A DNA stretch of 64,000 bases. Source: an uncultured Gammaproteobacteria bacterium (GTDB lineage Bacteria; Pseudomonadota; Gammaproteobacteria; CAWCPV01). Each line of letters starts with the position of its first letter. Within the stretch, counting starts at the first letter, position 1. Location: the NCBI GenBank assembly GCA_963797555.1, contig CAWCPV010000014.1:128001-192000 (forward strand), given 5' to 3'. Of the stretch, positions 8,451-18,802 are shown in pieces. The position numbers were made by a program, and so were the translations under genes. The notes under the pieces are model-generated. The model was not told where the DNA came from and ran no database searches. It saw nothing but the letters and a program-made list of their open reading frames with translations.

Positions 8451-10982
8451 ATGCGCTTTCCAAGACGTACACCCTTGGCCGTAGGCATGGCCGTGACCCT
8501 GGTCAGCGGACTGAGTGCGCCGAGCAGCTTTGCGAAGCCGCTGCCGGGCGGGACGCTAGACCCGCTGACCATCCCGAAGTACGTGACGCCGCTCGTCATC
8601 CCGCCGGTGATGGACAATACGGGCACCGCCAACACTTACGACATCGCGGTGCGGCAGTTCAAGCAGCAGATCCTGCCCGGCGGGATCTGGGCGACGCTGC
8701 CGGGCTGTACGCGCCAGAAGTGCACCTTCCCGGCGACCACGGTGTGGGGCTACGGGCCCAGCGCGGACCCGACGCCTGCGGTGGCGCCGGCGGCCAACTC
8801 GCAGTTCAACTACCCCGCTTACACCATCGAAACCACATCGACCGTACCTGTCAGCGCGCAGTGGCACAATGAACTCGTGGTCAACCCGGATGACTGCTTT
8901 GCCGCCGCGCGTCCGCGGAAGGCGGCGTCCTGCAACTACCTGCCTCACCTGCTGCCGGTCGACCGCTCGCTGCACTGGGCAAACCCAGAGCTACTACCAT
9001 GCATGGACGGTAACACGCCCCCAAATGCGCGGAAGCATACGGATTGCATGCCGGACCCAGCAGATAGTGGAACGCTCCTGCTGCAGCCCTATACCGGGCC
9101 GGTTCCCATGGTCGTTCACGTCCACGGCGCCCATGTGGACGGGAACAGCGACGGCTACCCGGATGCCTGGTGGCTGCCCGCGGCGAACAACATCCCGGCA
9201 GGCTACGCTACCAGCGGCACGCTGTTCTCGGACGCCATCGGCAACAAGACCGGCGCCGAGGGCTATGTCGACTTCCACTACCGCAACGACGGCCCCGCCA
9301 AGACCGACTGGTACCACGACCACAGCCTCGGCATCACCCGCCTCAACGTGTATGCCGGTCCGGCCGGCTTCTGGCTCATCCGCGGCGGGGACTGGGACGG
9401 CGCGACCGTCTATCGGGACGGCGCGACCGTCTATGGGACGAATCGGCCTCAGCCTGCGGTGCTGCCGGGTCCGGCGCCGGCTAGGGGCCAGCGCGTTCTG
9501 GACCTGAATGTTCCGGGAAATGCGGTCCGGAGCAAAATCCGCGAGATCCCGATGGTTATCCAGGACCGCTCGTTCAACGCCAACGGATCGCTCTTCTACC
9601 CGGCGAGCCGCGCCTTCTTCGACGGCTATACGGGGCCGTACGCGGGGTCCAGACCGATCTCCACCGACATCGCCCCGATCTGGAACACCGAGGCCTTCTT
9701 CAACGCCATGGTGGTGAACGGCGTGACTTGGCCGGTGCTGGAGGTGGCGCAGGCCAAGTATCGGTTCCGGCTGTTGGACGGCTGCAACTCGCGTTTCCTG
9801 AACCTGGCCCTGTTCCAGGTGGTCAAGGACAAGAAGAATCCCAAGGCACCCGACAAGCTTGGTGCGGAGCTGCCCTTCTACCAGATCGGTGCCGAGCAGG
9901 GGCAGATGCCCAAGGTGGTGGAGGTCCGCACCGGGTTCGCCACGACGCTGCCGGGTAACGGTACCCTCCCGGTGCCGACCCCGGCAGCCGACCCGGCCCA
10001 GGCCCTGCTGATGGCCTCGGCCGAGCGTGCCGACGTCATCGTGGACTTCAGCGGCCTGCCGAACGGGACCGTGGTGCGCATGATCAACACCGGGCCCGAC
10101 GCCCCCTTCGGCGGCTTCCCGGTCGAGCCCCCGGCCGATCCCTCCACTACCGGCCAAGTCATGCAGTTCGTCGTCAACTCGGCCCTGAACGGCATGAGCC
10201 CGACCGATCCGACGGGCGCCACGCCGGCGACCGCGGTGCAGAACTTGGTGCTGAAGTCCGAGGCCGCCACCAACCCGTTGCCCGCTCCCACCAACACCCG
10301 TCAGGTCTCGCTAAACGAGGAGGTCTCGGGTCAGGTCTGCGTCAAGGTGAACCCGGCCGGCAAGATCAAGGTCCTGCAGGTGCTGCCGCCCCCGCCGCTG
10401 ACCGAGGGCCAGATCCTGGCGGCCTGCGCCGCGGTGAAAGGTGTGCCCATGGGCCCGAAGTCGAACAAGGTCGGCATCGTCGACCTCACGAACACCGCAC
10501 TGCCTGCGGGCATCCCCCTCGACTGGACCGACGAGTCGGGAACCAGCCCGCTGGTGCCGGTGACCTTGACCAGCGGTAGGACCGTCAAGGTGCCGGTTAC
10601 GGAGAACCCCAGGCTGAATGCCGTCGAGGACTGGCAGATCTATAACTTCACCGAGGATGCCCATCCCATACACCTGCATCTGGTGGAGTTCCAGGTCATC
10701 AACCGTGCGGCCATCCCAGGTGTCGTGCCGGCCCCCGTTGTCCCCGTCCCGGCGGTGGCGCCCACCGAGGCGGGATTCAAGGACACGGTGATCGCCTATC
10801 CAGGTCAGATCACCACCATCCGTGCGAAGTTCGACATCGCCGGCCTCTACGTGTGGCACTGCCACATCGTGGAGCATGAGGACAACGAGATGATGCGGCC
10901 CTTCGTGGTGTCGCCACACCGTGGCCGCCGTCGGCCCTGGGCGCAAGATTCACCACACCAACGGAGAACAGCATCCCCATGA
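8451..10982 (+). CDS. Secreted multicopper oxidase (CotA/bilirubin oxidase type)
   Basis: Signal peptide; Cu motifs HVHG, WYHDH, HPIHLH, HCHIVEHEDNEMM; last ~20 codons may be frameshift read-through. Confidence 0.92.
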   Translation: MRFPRRTPLAVGMAVTLVSGLSAPSSFAKPLPGGTLDPLTIPKYVTPLVIPPVMDNTGTANTYDIAVRQFKQQILPGGIWATLPGCTRQKCTFPATTVWGYGPSADPTPAVAPAANSQFNYPAYTIETTSTVPVSAQWHNELVVNPDDCFAAARPRKAASCNYLPHLLPVDRSLHWANPELLPCMDGNTPPNARKHTDCMPDPADSGTLLLQPYTGPVPMVVHVHGAHVDGNSDGYPDAWWLPAANNIPAGYATSGTLFSDAIGNKTGAEGYVDFHYRNDGPAKTDWYHDHSLGITRLNVYAGPAGFWLIRGGDWDGATVYRDGATVYGTNRPQPAVLPGPAPARGQRVLDLNVPGNAVRSKIREIPMVIQDRSFNANGSLFYPASRAFFDGYTGPYAGSRPISTDIAPIWNTEAFFNAMVVNGVTWPVLEVAQAKYRFRLLDGCNSRFLNLALFQVVKDKKNPKAPDKLGAELPFYQIGAEQGQMPKVVEVRTGFATTLPGNGTLPVPTPAADPAQALLMASAERADVIVDFSGLPNGTVVRMINTGPDAPFGGFPVEPPADPSTTGQVMQFVVNSALNGMSPTDPTGATPATAVQNLVLKSEAATNPLPAPTNTRQVSLNEEVSGQVCVKVNPAGKIKVLQVLPPPPLTEGQILAACAAVKGVPMGPKSNKVGIVDLTNTALPAGIPLDWTDESGTSPLVPVTLTSGRTVKVPVTENPRLNAVEDWQIYNFTEDAHPIHLHLVEFQVINRAAIPGVVPAPVVPVPAVAPTEAGFKDTVIAYPGQITTIRAKFDIAGLYVWHCHIVEHEDNEMMRPFVVSPHRGRRRPWAQDSPHQRRTASP

Positions 10983-11713
10983 GACATCTGATCATTGCCC
11001 TGAGCGGTGCCGTCCTTTGCGCGGGCGCCTGGGCGGCGGAGGACAAGCCGCTCGATCCGAAGTCCGACACCGACCGCATCAACTACAGCGTCGGCTACCA
11101 GATCGGTGGCGACTTCAAGCGGCAGGGCGTCGAGCTGAGCCCCGAGGCCATTGTCAAGGGCATCCAGGACGCCATCGCCGGCGGTACGCCCTTGATGAGC
11201 CAGGAAGAGATGCGCCAGACCTTGGTGGATCTGAAGCGCAAGATCGTCGCCGAGCAGCAGCAGAAGGCGCGCGAGGATCTGGCCAGTCGGATCGACGAGG
11301 GCAAGGCGTTCTTGGCGGAGAACGCCCAGAAGGACGGGGTGGTCAGCCTGCCGGACGGGCTGCAGTACAAGGTGCTCCAGGAGGGTACCGGAAAGTCCCC
11401 CGGCCCAACCGATACGGTCACCGTCCAATACAAGGGCACCCTGGTGGACGGCACCGAGTTCGACAGCTCCTACCGGGAGGGCAAGCCGATGAGCTTCCAG
11501 CTCAACGGCGTCATCAAGGGCTGGACCGAGGGCCTGCAGCACATGAAGGAGGGTGGGAAGTACCAGCTCTTCATCCCGCCCGCGCTGGCCTACGGGGAGC
11601 ACGGACCGCTGGCGGACCGCACCCTGATCTTCGATGTGGAGCTGGTGTCGGTGGGAGCGAAGGAAGAGCCCAAGGCGGCGGGCGGCAGGACCCGGCCCGC
11701 GGGCCATCCCTAA
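10979..11713 (+). CDS. FKBP-type peptidyl-prolyl isomerase (Mip/FkpA-like)
   Basis: Signal peptide, FKBP_N (NYSVGYQIG), GLQYKVL, YKGTLVDGTEFDSS, VIKGWTEGL. Confidence 0.92.
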   Translation: MRHLIIALSGAVLCAGAWAAEDKPLDPKSDTDRINYSVGYQIGGDFKRQGVELSPEAIVKGIQDAIAGGTPLMSQEEMRQTLVDLKRKIVAEQQQKAREDLASRIDEGKAFLAENAQKDGVVSLPDGLQYKVLQEGTGKSPGPTDTVTVQYKGTLVDGTEFDSSYREGKPMSFQLNGVIKGWTEGLQHMKEGGKYQLFIPPALAYGEHGPLADRTLIFDVELVSVGAKEEPKAAGGRTRPAGHP

Positions 11714-11844
11714 GCCCCCTGCAGTCGACCGCAGCCGTTCGCGGCGGAGACGACACCCCCGCGCAGGACCTGCCTCAACCCTTGGCCCCCGACACGGGGC
11801 CGAGGGCCGAAGACGGACCCATTGTTCCAGCACTGCACAAAACT

Positions 11845-13518
11845 ATGCAGCCTAGGCAAGCACTTCGGCGAGCGGGCGGTGTCCTTCTGCGGGCCGCCCT
11901 GGCCTGTATTGGCCTCGACACCGCACTGGCCAGTACGGCAGATCCGCAAACCGAGATCGGCCGCCGGATTCTACGAGGAGGGTCTCCTCCCCGACGGCTC
12001 CCCCCTGCGCGGGATCCGACCGCAGGGTTTCGTCCTGGAGGGCCGGCAGGCGGCCTGCACGACGTGCCATCGTCGCAGCGGCCTAGGGTCGATCGAGGGG
12101 ACGATCCTGGTCCCTCCGGTGGCCGAGCGGCTGCTCTTTGCCCCGGCCCCCTCCTTCGGCTACGTCCTCAATCCGCGCGCGGGCAACGTCCCCAGCGACT
12201 CCTGGGCGCGGGCACTGACCCGCGGTGCCTACGACGAGGAGAGGCTCGCTCGCGCCCTGCGCGAGGGCCTGGACCCCGAAGGCAGGTCGCTTACCGCGCC
12301 CATGCCGCGCTATGCGCTCGACAACGACGCCTTGGCTGCTCTGTCGGCCTATTTGCGCCAGCTCTCCGTCGCTCCGAGCCCAGGCGTCGCGGCGGACGGG
12401 CTGCATCTGGCCACCGTGGTGACACCCGACGCGCCAGCCAGCCACGCAGATGCGGTAACGGGTGTGCTGCGGGCGTGGAGCCGCGACACGCGGAGTTCGG
12501 ACTCGGTCTGGCACCTGGAGGTGTGGACGCTGTCAGGACCGCCGGAGACCTGGACGGAGCAGCTCCAGGCGCGCTATCGCCGGCAGCCGGTTTTCGCCCT
12601 TCTTTCCGGGGCGGGCGGCGCCGAGTGGGCGCCCGTGCATCGCTTCTGCGAGGACGCGCACATCCCATGCATTCTGCCCTCGGTGGATGCGGCGCCCGAG
12701 GTAGGGAAGGACTTCTATTCCCTGTATTTCTCTCCGGGTGTGATTCTGGAGGCAAAGATGCTCGCTGGTTACCTGGATGCGGGGGCGAAGCGGGGGGGGT
12801 CTCGTCCGCCCGTCGTTCAGGTGACCTCGGACCCCTCCGGCCGGCGGGCAGCCGAGACGCTGCGGGTGAGCCTTGGCGGCAGCTCCGAGCCGCCAGCCGA
12901 GCGCCGCTACCGGCTGACGGCGCCGACGGCGGCCCTCAACGGACTGTCCGGGAACGATAATCTTGTGCTCTGGCTGCGTCCCGCCGAGCTTGCACAGCTC
13001 GCTGCGAGCTTCCCGGATGGGCCGCCCGCTGGGCGGGTTTTCCTTTCGAGCCTGCTTGCCCCTCCCGAGGCCGTCCAGCTCCCACCGGCGTGGAAGGCGC
13101 GCGTGACCTACGTATCCCTCTTCGATGACCCCGGCTATCAGGGTGAGATCGCCCGGCTTAGGCTCAAGCGCTGGCTCGACATCGCCGGTCTGCACGCGGG
13201 TCCGAGTCTCCGGGTGGAGGCGGATGCCTACGCCGCCTGCTACCTGTTCTCCGCCGCCCTGTCGCAGATTCGCATACAGCAGCTCCGCTGGCAGGCGATG
13301 CCCTTACGGCGCGAGCATCTGATCGAGACCCTGGAGACGGTGGTGAGCAAGTACAGCGACGGCACCGGCATCGTGGACCCCAACAGCCATGTGGCCTTCT
13401 ACGGGCGCATGAGCCTGGCCCCCAGCAGCGCACCGCCGTGCGCGGCGGCGTGCTCCTGCGCTACGCCTCGCCCGACTCCGACGCCCTGGTTCCGGCGGCA
13501 GGTCGCGTCGTGCGCTGA
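11845..13518 (+). CDS. Cytochrome c (CxxCH) fused to periplasmic binding protein-like domain; two frameshifts
   Basis: Signal-like MQPRQALRR... from 11845 shifts near 11970 into ACTTCHRRSGLG and MPRY; a shift near 13420 gives SLAPQQRTAVRGG... with stop at 13516-13518. Confidence 0.65.
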
Positions 13519-13681
13519 CGGCCGAAGGCAGCGCCGGGCAGCACGGATCACGCGAGCAGCAGCTTGCGGCCCAGTGCATCGCCCTGGGCCGGTAGGTCGC
13601 ATCCCCTCGGGCCTGTTTCGCAAGCCTTTGCGATGCCCTCCCTAAAGGGCTCCAAGGCATTGCCCTCATTTCTCCGAAGAC

Positions 13682-14498
13682 CTACTTGCTCGGTTGCGCC
13701 GCGCCCGGCGGCTGGACGGTTGCACGGGGAGCGGCGGGCGCCACTGCCCGCGGCGGCGGGGTGTCGATAGAGACCAGGTCGATCTCGTAGATGAGATCCT
13801 TCTGGCGCAGCATGACGTTGCCCAGAAAGCCCATCTTCGCCGGGACATAGACCCGCCACCGGGCGCCCTCCGGCATCAGCAGCAGAGCGTCCTTGAGCCC
13901 CCGCACCGAGATCGTGGTGATCACCATGCGCGCCGGGCCGCCGTCCGACTCCGTGTTGTCGAACTCGACGCCGTTGGTTAGGGTCCCGCGGTAGCGCACG
14001 GTAACCTTGTCGCCCGGCCGCGGCTGCCGTCCGCTCCCGGCCTTGAGCACCTCGTACTGCACGCCGCTCGGCAGACTGATCACGCCTTTGCGCTTGGCGT
14101 TGAGTGCTCGCCGAAGTCCACGACGAAGGGATGCGGGGCAGATCCCGGTGCGGCCGCTGTCGTCTTGGCCTCCAGCCGCTCAAGAATCGCGCGCATCTCC
14201 TTGGGGGGAAGGCGGGGCGTGGTTCCCGAGAGGGCATCCAGCGCTCCGTGGAAGACCGTCTCGATCCCCACGCCCGTGCCCTGACGCCGGAGCGCGGGAG
14301 ATCGCTGCCGAAGGCGTATCCGACGCTGTAGTTGGCATTGTCCTGCTCCGTTCCGGGGTCGACATCCGTGTCTGCCGCCCATGTGCCGCCCGCGAGGACC
14401 GCGCCGAGGATGACCGCGGCGGTCGTGATCAGACCCGGGAGGCGGGGTGTCGGGCAGCGGTTCGGCCGGATGGTGTGGTTTCGTTGGACTCGGGTCAC
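13682..14498 (-). pseudogene. Second FKBP-type PPIase, frameshifted
   Basis: NYSVGYAFG in the first frame; LPSGVQYEVLKAGSG and YRGTLTNGVEFD in the last frame. Confidence 0.75.
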
Positions 14499-14516
14499 GG
14501 CTGGGTACCTCCCGCC

Positions 14517-15158
14517 TCAGTGGGTGAGCATGCCGCGGGTCTCCTGGACTAGGTCTGCGGCGTTGGCGAAGCCATCGTAGCGCACCCATTGGGCCTTGGG
14601 ATTGGCGTGCAGGAGGGTGAGCGGGGTGTGGTTCATCTTGGCGCCGCGGTAGGCGTCGAATGCCTTCTGCGCGGCGATGCTGTCCTCCAGGCTTCCGGTC
14701 AGGAACGACCATTGGGGGCCGGCGTGGAAGCGCTTGGCATAGGCGGCCAGGGCCTCGGGGGTGTCCTGCTCCGGGTCGATGGAGATGGAGACCATCAGCA
14801 CCCGCCGCGCCTCCTCGCCGAGTCCCGACTGTACCTTCTCGAAGGTCGCGCTCATGACTGGGCAGATGACGGTGCAGGAGGTGTAGATGAAGTTCAGCAG
14901 CACCGGCCGGTCCGTAGCCAGTAGCTCGGGCAGGGAGACCCGTTGTCCGCTCTGGTCGATCAGGGTGACCGCGGGCACCGCGTAGGCGGCGAGGGTCCGA
15001 GTGAACCCCGGGGCGACCTCATGGTGGTAGTGATGGGCATGCTCCCCCTCATGCTCCCCGTGCGCCGCCTCCTCGGCGAGGGCGTTCGGCAGACCGAGGC
15101 AGCAGGTGAGTGCGAGGGCGCTCCGGGCGGACGATAGGAAAAGTTCTCGAAGCGACAC
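14517..15158 (-). CDS. SCO1/SenC copper chaperone with His-rich N-terminus
   Basis: LNFIYTSCTVICP (CxxxC), ISIDPEQDTP, WSFLTG, conserved His (NHT); GGAGG RBS before GTG 15158. Confidence 0.9.
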   Translation of the reverse strand: MSLRELFLSSARSALALTCCLGLPNALAEEAAHGEHEGEHAHHYHHEVAPGFTRTLAAYAVPAVTLIDQSGQRVSLPELLATDRPVLLNFIYTSCTVICPVMSATFEKVQSGLGEEARRVLMVSISIDPEQDTPEALAAYAKRFHAGPQWSFLTGSLEDSIAAQKAFDAYRGAKMNHTPLTLLHANPKAQWVRYDGFANAADLVQETRGMLTH

Positions 15159-15729
15159 GATGATCCTCCGTTGGCGATAGCCTGTTTGGTCGGGAAAGCT
15201 GGATCGCCACCGCAGCGGCGCCGGTGCTTTCCCCGGCGGGGCCTGACAATCCAGCGGTGCAATCCTATTGGGCAGACCCCTGCGGATCAAGGGAAGATCG
15301 CTCCTCCGACCTAGCGCCCGCCGCCCGCTGCTCTCGCCAGGAGGCGGTGAACCGCCCACCCGGGGCAATCAGCTCCGCGTGGCTGCGGGTTTCCGCGGCC
15401 CGCACCTCGTCCTCATCGAATGGGCTCCCTGCTCCCATCGCTACAGCGTGACCCCGGAAGGCTTGCAAACAGCGCTCTTCTTCACCCGCGCTCAGGCCCG
15501 GTTCTTCCGGCTCACCTTCGCCCTCGACGGACCCATCGGCCCCGCTCGCGCCTCGCGTGCTTTCGCCCAGGCTAGCCAGGCGGTGGACCGGCTCATCGAA
15601 GAGGTCAATGTCGCCGCTTGAAAATTTGACTCAAAGATCCAGATTCTATCCCTCTCAAGGACTTCTAGGAGATACCGGAGATAACCGCCATCCGAGCACA
15701 GCCCGCGATGCGTGTCGGCTTAGCGATGC

Positions 15730-15830
15730 CTCTCTTGGTACACCTCGCGGCAGCACCCCTCGGCAAGGGGCACGGCAGCGTTCACGGCGCTCGCCGGGAA
15801 GCCCCCCACCGCAACCCCCAGCCACCCTCC
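15730..15830 (+). repeat. ~100-bp dispersed repeat similar to 40330-40430 (probable IS91-family end remnant)
   Basis: Direct alignment (acctcgcggc..cacccctc.gcaag..gcacggc.gcgttcacg...gggaagc.cccc); the copy at 40.3 kb follows a PAFEFGQTLSW peptide resembling IS91-family transposase C-termini. Confidence 0.55.
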
Positions 15831-15960
15831 TTGGGCCGGCTGGGCCGGCCCTCGGGCTGGCTCCGAAAGCCGGTTGTCGTCACTTACCCGCGGCCAGCCG
15901 TAGGAGGCAAGCCCCCGGGCTCCGCGGTTGCCCTGGGCAGTGGCTGAACGGGCGTCCACC

Positions 15961-16975
15961 TCATCCGCCCGAGACGACTAGCTTTTTCGGTCGTCTATCG
16001 AATGCCACGCGCTTTTCCATCTTAGCGGTCATGTAGACGGTGCCCTGGTCATCCACCAGAATGGCCTCTTCGATTCCCATGTGCTCGGCGATGCGGAGCC
16101 ACTCCTTCGGCCCGGCGATGACCAGGGCCGTTGCCGCGGCGTCGGCGATGGCACCGTTGGAGTGGATGACGCTGGCGGAAATGATGTGCTCGGAGGGCAA
16201 GCCGGTGCATGGGTCGACGATGTGCTGGTAGCGCTTTCCCCGGTATTCGCGATAGCGTTCGTAGTTGCCCGAGGTATGCATGGCCTCCTCCTGTGGGCCG
16301 AGCTCGACGACGGCCAGAACGCCGCTGCCTTGGGGAGCGCGGATGCCGATCCGCCAGCGGCGGTCGCCGTGCCGCCCCATGACCTGCAGGCCGCCCCCAG
16401 CATTGAGAATGGCGTTGCGTACCCCCTCCTGGCGCAGCTTGGCCAGAATCACCTGGCCCGCGTAGCCCTTGGCGATCCCGCCGAAGTCGAGCGCCACTTT
16501 GGGATTGCGCGAGCGCACCACATCGCCTTCGAGGTCAACGTCGTCCATGCCGGCGTGCTCTGCCATGACCGCTGCCACCTGCGCGCGGGTCGGCGGCGGA
16601 CCGGTCGGGGGCTCGTCCTGCTGGAAGCCCCAGAGCGCGAACAGGTGCCCGTCGGCCGGATTGAACAGGTGATCACTGCCGCGGTAGGTCTGCTTGGACA
16701 AGCGGATCAGGTCTGCCACATCCGGAGTCACACCGAACGGCTCACCGCGGGCGATGGCAGCGTTCGAGCTCTGTGACCTCGCTAGGCTTCCAGGCATGCC
16801 AGGTGTTATGCATGCGCTGGAGTTCTTTCTCGACCTGGTCCCCGATCTGCTCTGCCCGATGCGGCTCGACCCCCCACAGAGTGAGCGTCACCAGCGTTCC
16901 AAAGACGTAAATGGTGCGCTCGTAGGAGGACTCCGTCGGGGCCGGTGAGCAACCGACCAGCAAGGCCACGAGCAT
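15961..16975 (-). CDS. apbE: FAD:protein FMN transferase lipoprotein; frameshift near 16780
   Basis: Lipobox LVGC, FGTLVTL, DFGGIAKGY, NAGG, HTSGNYERY, HIVDP.TG, ADAAATAL. Confidence 0.85.
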
Positions 16976-17299
16976 GGCGAGAAGCGGCAGCAAACCGGCC
17001 CGACACTGCGTCCCTCGGCCTCGCCTCTTTGCAAAACAGCCGCCGCGCTGGTCGCGGCGTTCCGCTGGACAAGCGTTGGAGGAACTCATGGGTGCGGTCA
17101 CCGCTAAGTGGACATTATCTATCGGCAGGCATCTGGAGCCGGTGCGGCTCCGGGCAAACTCATCTGAACGTCGGTCCCTTGGGGACTTGCACCCTACTGG
17201 AGCGCGATGATCTGGCCAGTGGGGACCGGGCACCCGTATTCCCGTGCTGATCATCGCGCCGCAGCTGCGCAAGGAATTCGCGGTGGACCGCGAAGTGCC

Positions 17300-18349
17300 T
17301 GGCTCCGCCTCGATCCGCGTCTCGTCAATGCTGCCGTGATGGCCAAGATCCACACGGTGGAATGGACACCGGCGATGCTGCCCCACCAAGCCGCTAACCT
17401 GGCCCTGAATGCGAACTGGTACGGGCTTGCCACCTTTAACTGTTGCGCCCGCGCAAGGAGCGCAAAACGCGCTCTATCCTTAAGATTCGTCAGCCCGAGG
17501 TGGGGGGAGTGGTGGGCAATCCCATCGATCGGCACGGCTCGGCCTTCGGTCTGCTGCCGGACATCCTGGTGCTGCGGTGCAGCGGGACGGGCGAGGTCAT
17601 GGCGCGGATTCCGCTGGCCGAAACCCGCCAGGCCGGATCGGTGAAGCTCACCCGCGCCGTCGCCATGCAGGACCTGCTTTGCTCCTTCGGCAACCAACAC
17701 CCCGGGCAACTGGTGCTGAACAACTATCCGCGCTTCATGCAGGCGCTGAGCATGCCGGGCAACCCCGTGTTCGATCTCGGCGCCGTGGACATCCTGCGCG
17801 CCCGCGAGCGGGGTGTCCCGCGCTACAACGAGCTGCGCCGCCAGCTCGGCCTGAACCCCATCCGCTCGTTCGAGGACCTGACCTGCGACGCGGAGCGGTT
17901 GGCAGCCCTGAAAGCCGTGTACGGCCACGGGCCGGATGCGCTGGAAGATCTGGATCTGCTCATCGGCACTCTGGCCGAGGACGCTCGGGAGCCGCCGGTG
18001 CGCCCGACGGGCTTCGCCTTCGGCGAGACGCTGTTCCAGATCTTTATCCTCAACGCCACCTGTAGGCTGCATGCCGTCGCTTCTATACCGACTGCTACGA
18101 CGAGGAAACTTACACCGCGGAAGGGTTGGACTGGATCGACGACGCCGATCTGAAAACCGTCATTCTACGCCACTACCCCGCACTCGCCTGCAGCGGGCTA
18201 GCGAACGTAAGCAACGCGTTCGAACACTGGGACACCGGGCCGCGCCTGGACCCGCAGCGGCACCCCCTGCGGGCCTGGGATGCCGACCTGCAACCCGATC
18301 CCTGGACTGGCGACACCTTGCTGGGGTCCTTAGGCGACCGACCCATTGA
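17300..18349 (+). pseudogene. Peroxidase-cyclooxygenase superfamily (alpha-dioxygenase-like) remnant
   Basis: RLVNAAVMAKIHTVEWTPA, DLGAVDILRARERGVPRYNELRR, DLDLLIGTLAE and GFAFGETLFQIFIL spread over three frames; N-terminus missing. Confidence 0.75.
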
Positions 18350-18525
18350 CCACGGGCGTGGGGCCGCCAGAAGCGCGCTGACGGCTCGGTGATCACCCAT
18401 CTCCAGCTCGCCGAGGTCTCGCTGGCTCTCCCAGTCTGCGCCAGGATCCCATGGACCCTTTGCAGCGGGAAGGCCGCAGCAATGACACCCAGACTGATGA
18501 AGTCGCCGAGCCGAACCCTTCGAAG

Positions 18526-18592
18526 GAACCGTCAGTCTGCGCGACCACTTCAACGGTCGGCTCCCGACCCTGACCCGCCTGAACGGCCATTC
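18526..18592 (+). repeat. dif-like site A (CGACCC core, interrupted right arm) plus 25-bp leader shared with 21860
   Basis: gaaccgtcagtctgcgcgaccacttcaACGGTCGGCTCC-CGACCC-(tgacccgcc)-TGAACGGCCATtc. Confidence 0.55.
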
Positions 18593-18802
18593 GAGTCGCG
18601 CATTTGTGCGGCGGCAACGGAACTGACATCGGCCGCATCGGCGCTGTCTCTCACCCCGCTGGAGCTGGCCCCCAGTGTGAAGATATCGCCGTGCAGCCAT
18701 CGCGCTGGGGTGTGGACAGCATGGTGAGGGCCCGCAACAGGTGCTGTGAGTACGTCTCGACGTGGGGGCTGAAGAACGACAAACGAGGCAAGGGAGCAGG
18801 CC

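Noticed and set aside
10921-12960. 679-aa ORF and other long Arg/Pro-rich alternative-frame or antisense ORFs (e.g. 4194..5456, 20077..21543, 60962..62383)
   Set aside because: Shadow ORFs of high-GC coding genes with no recognisable motifs
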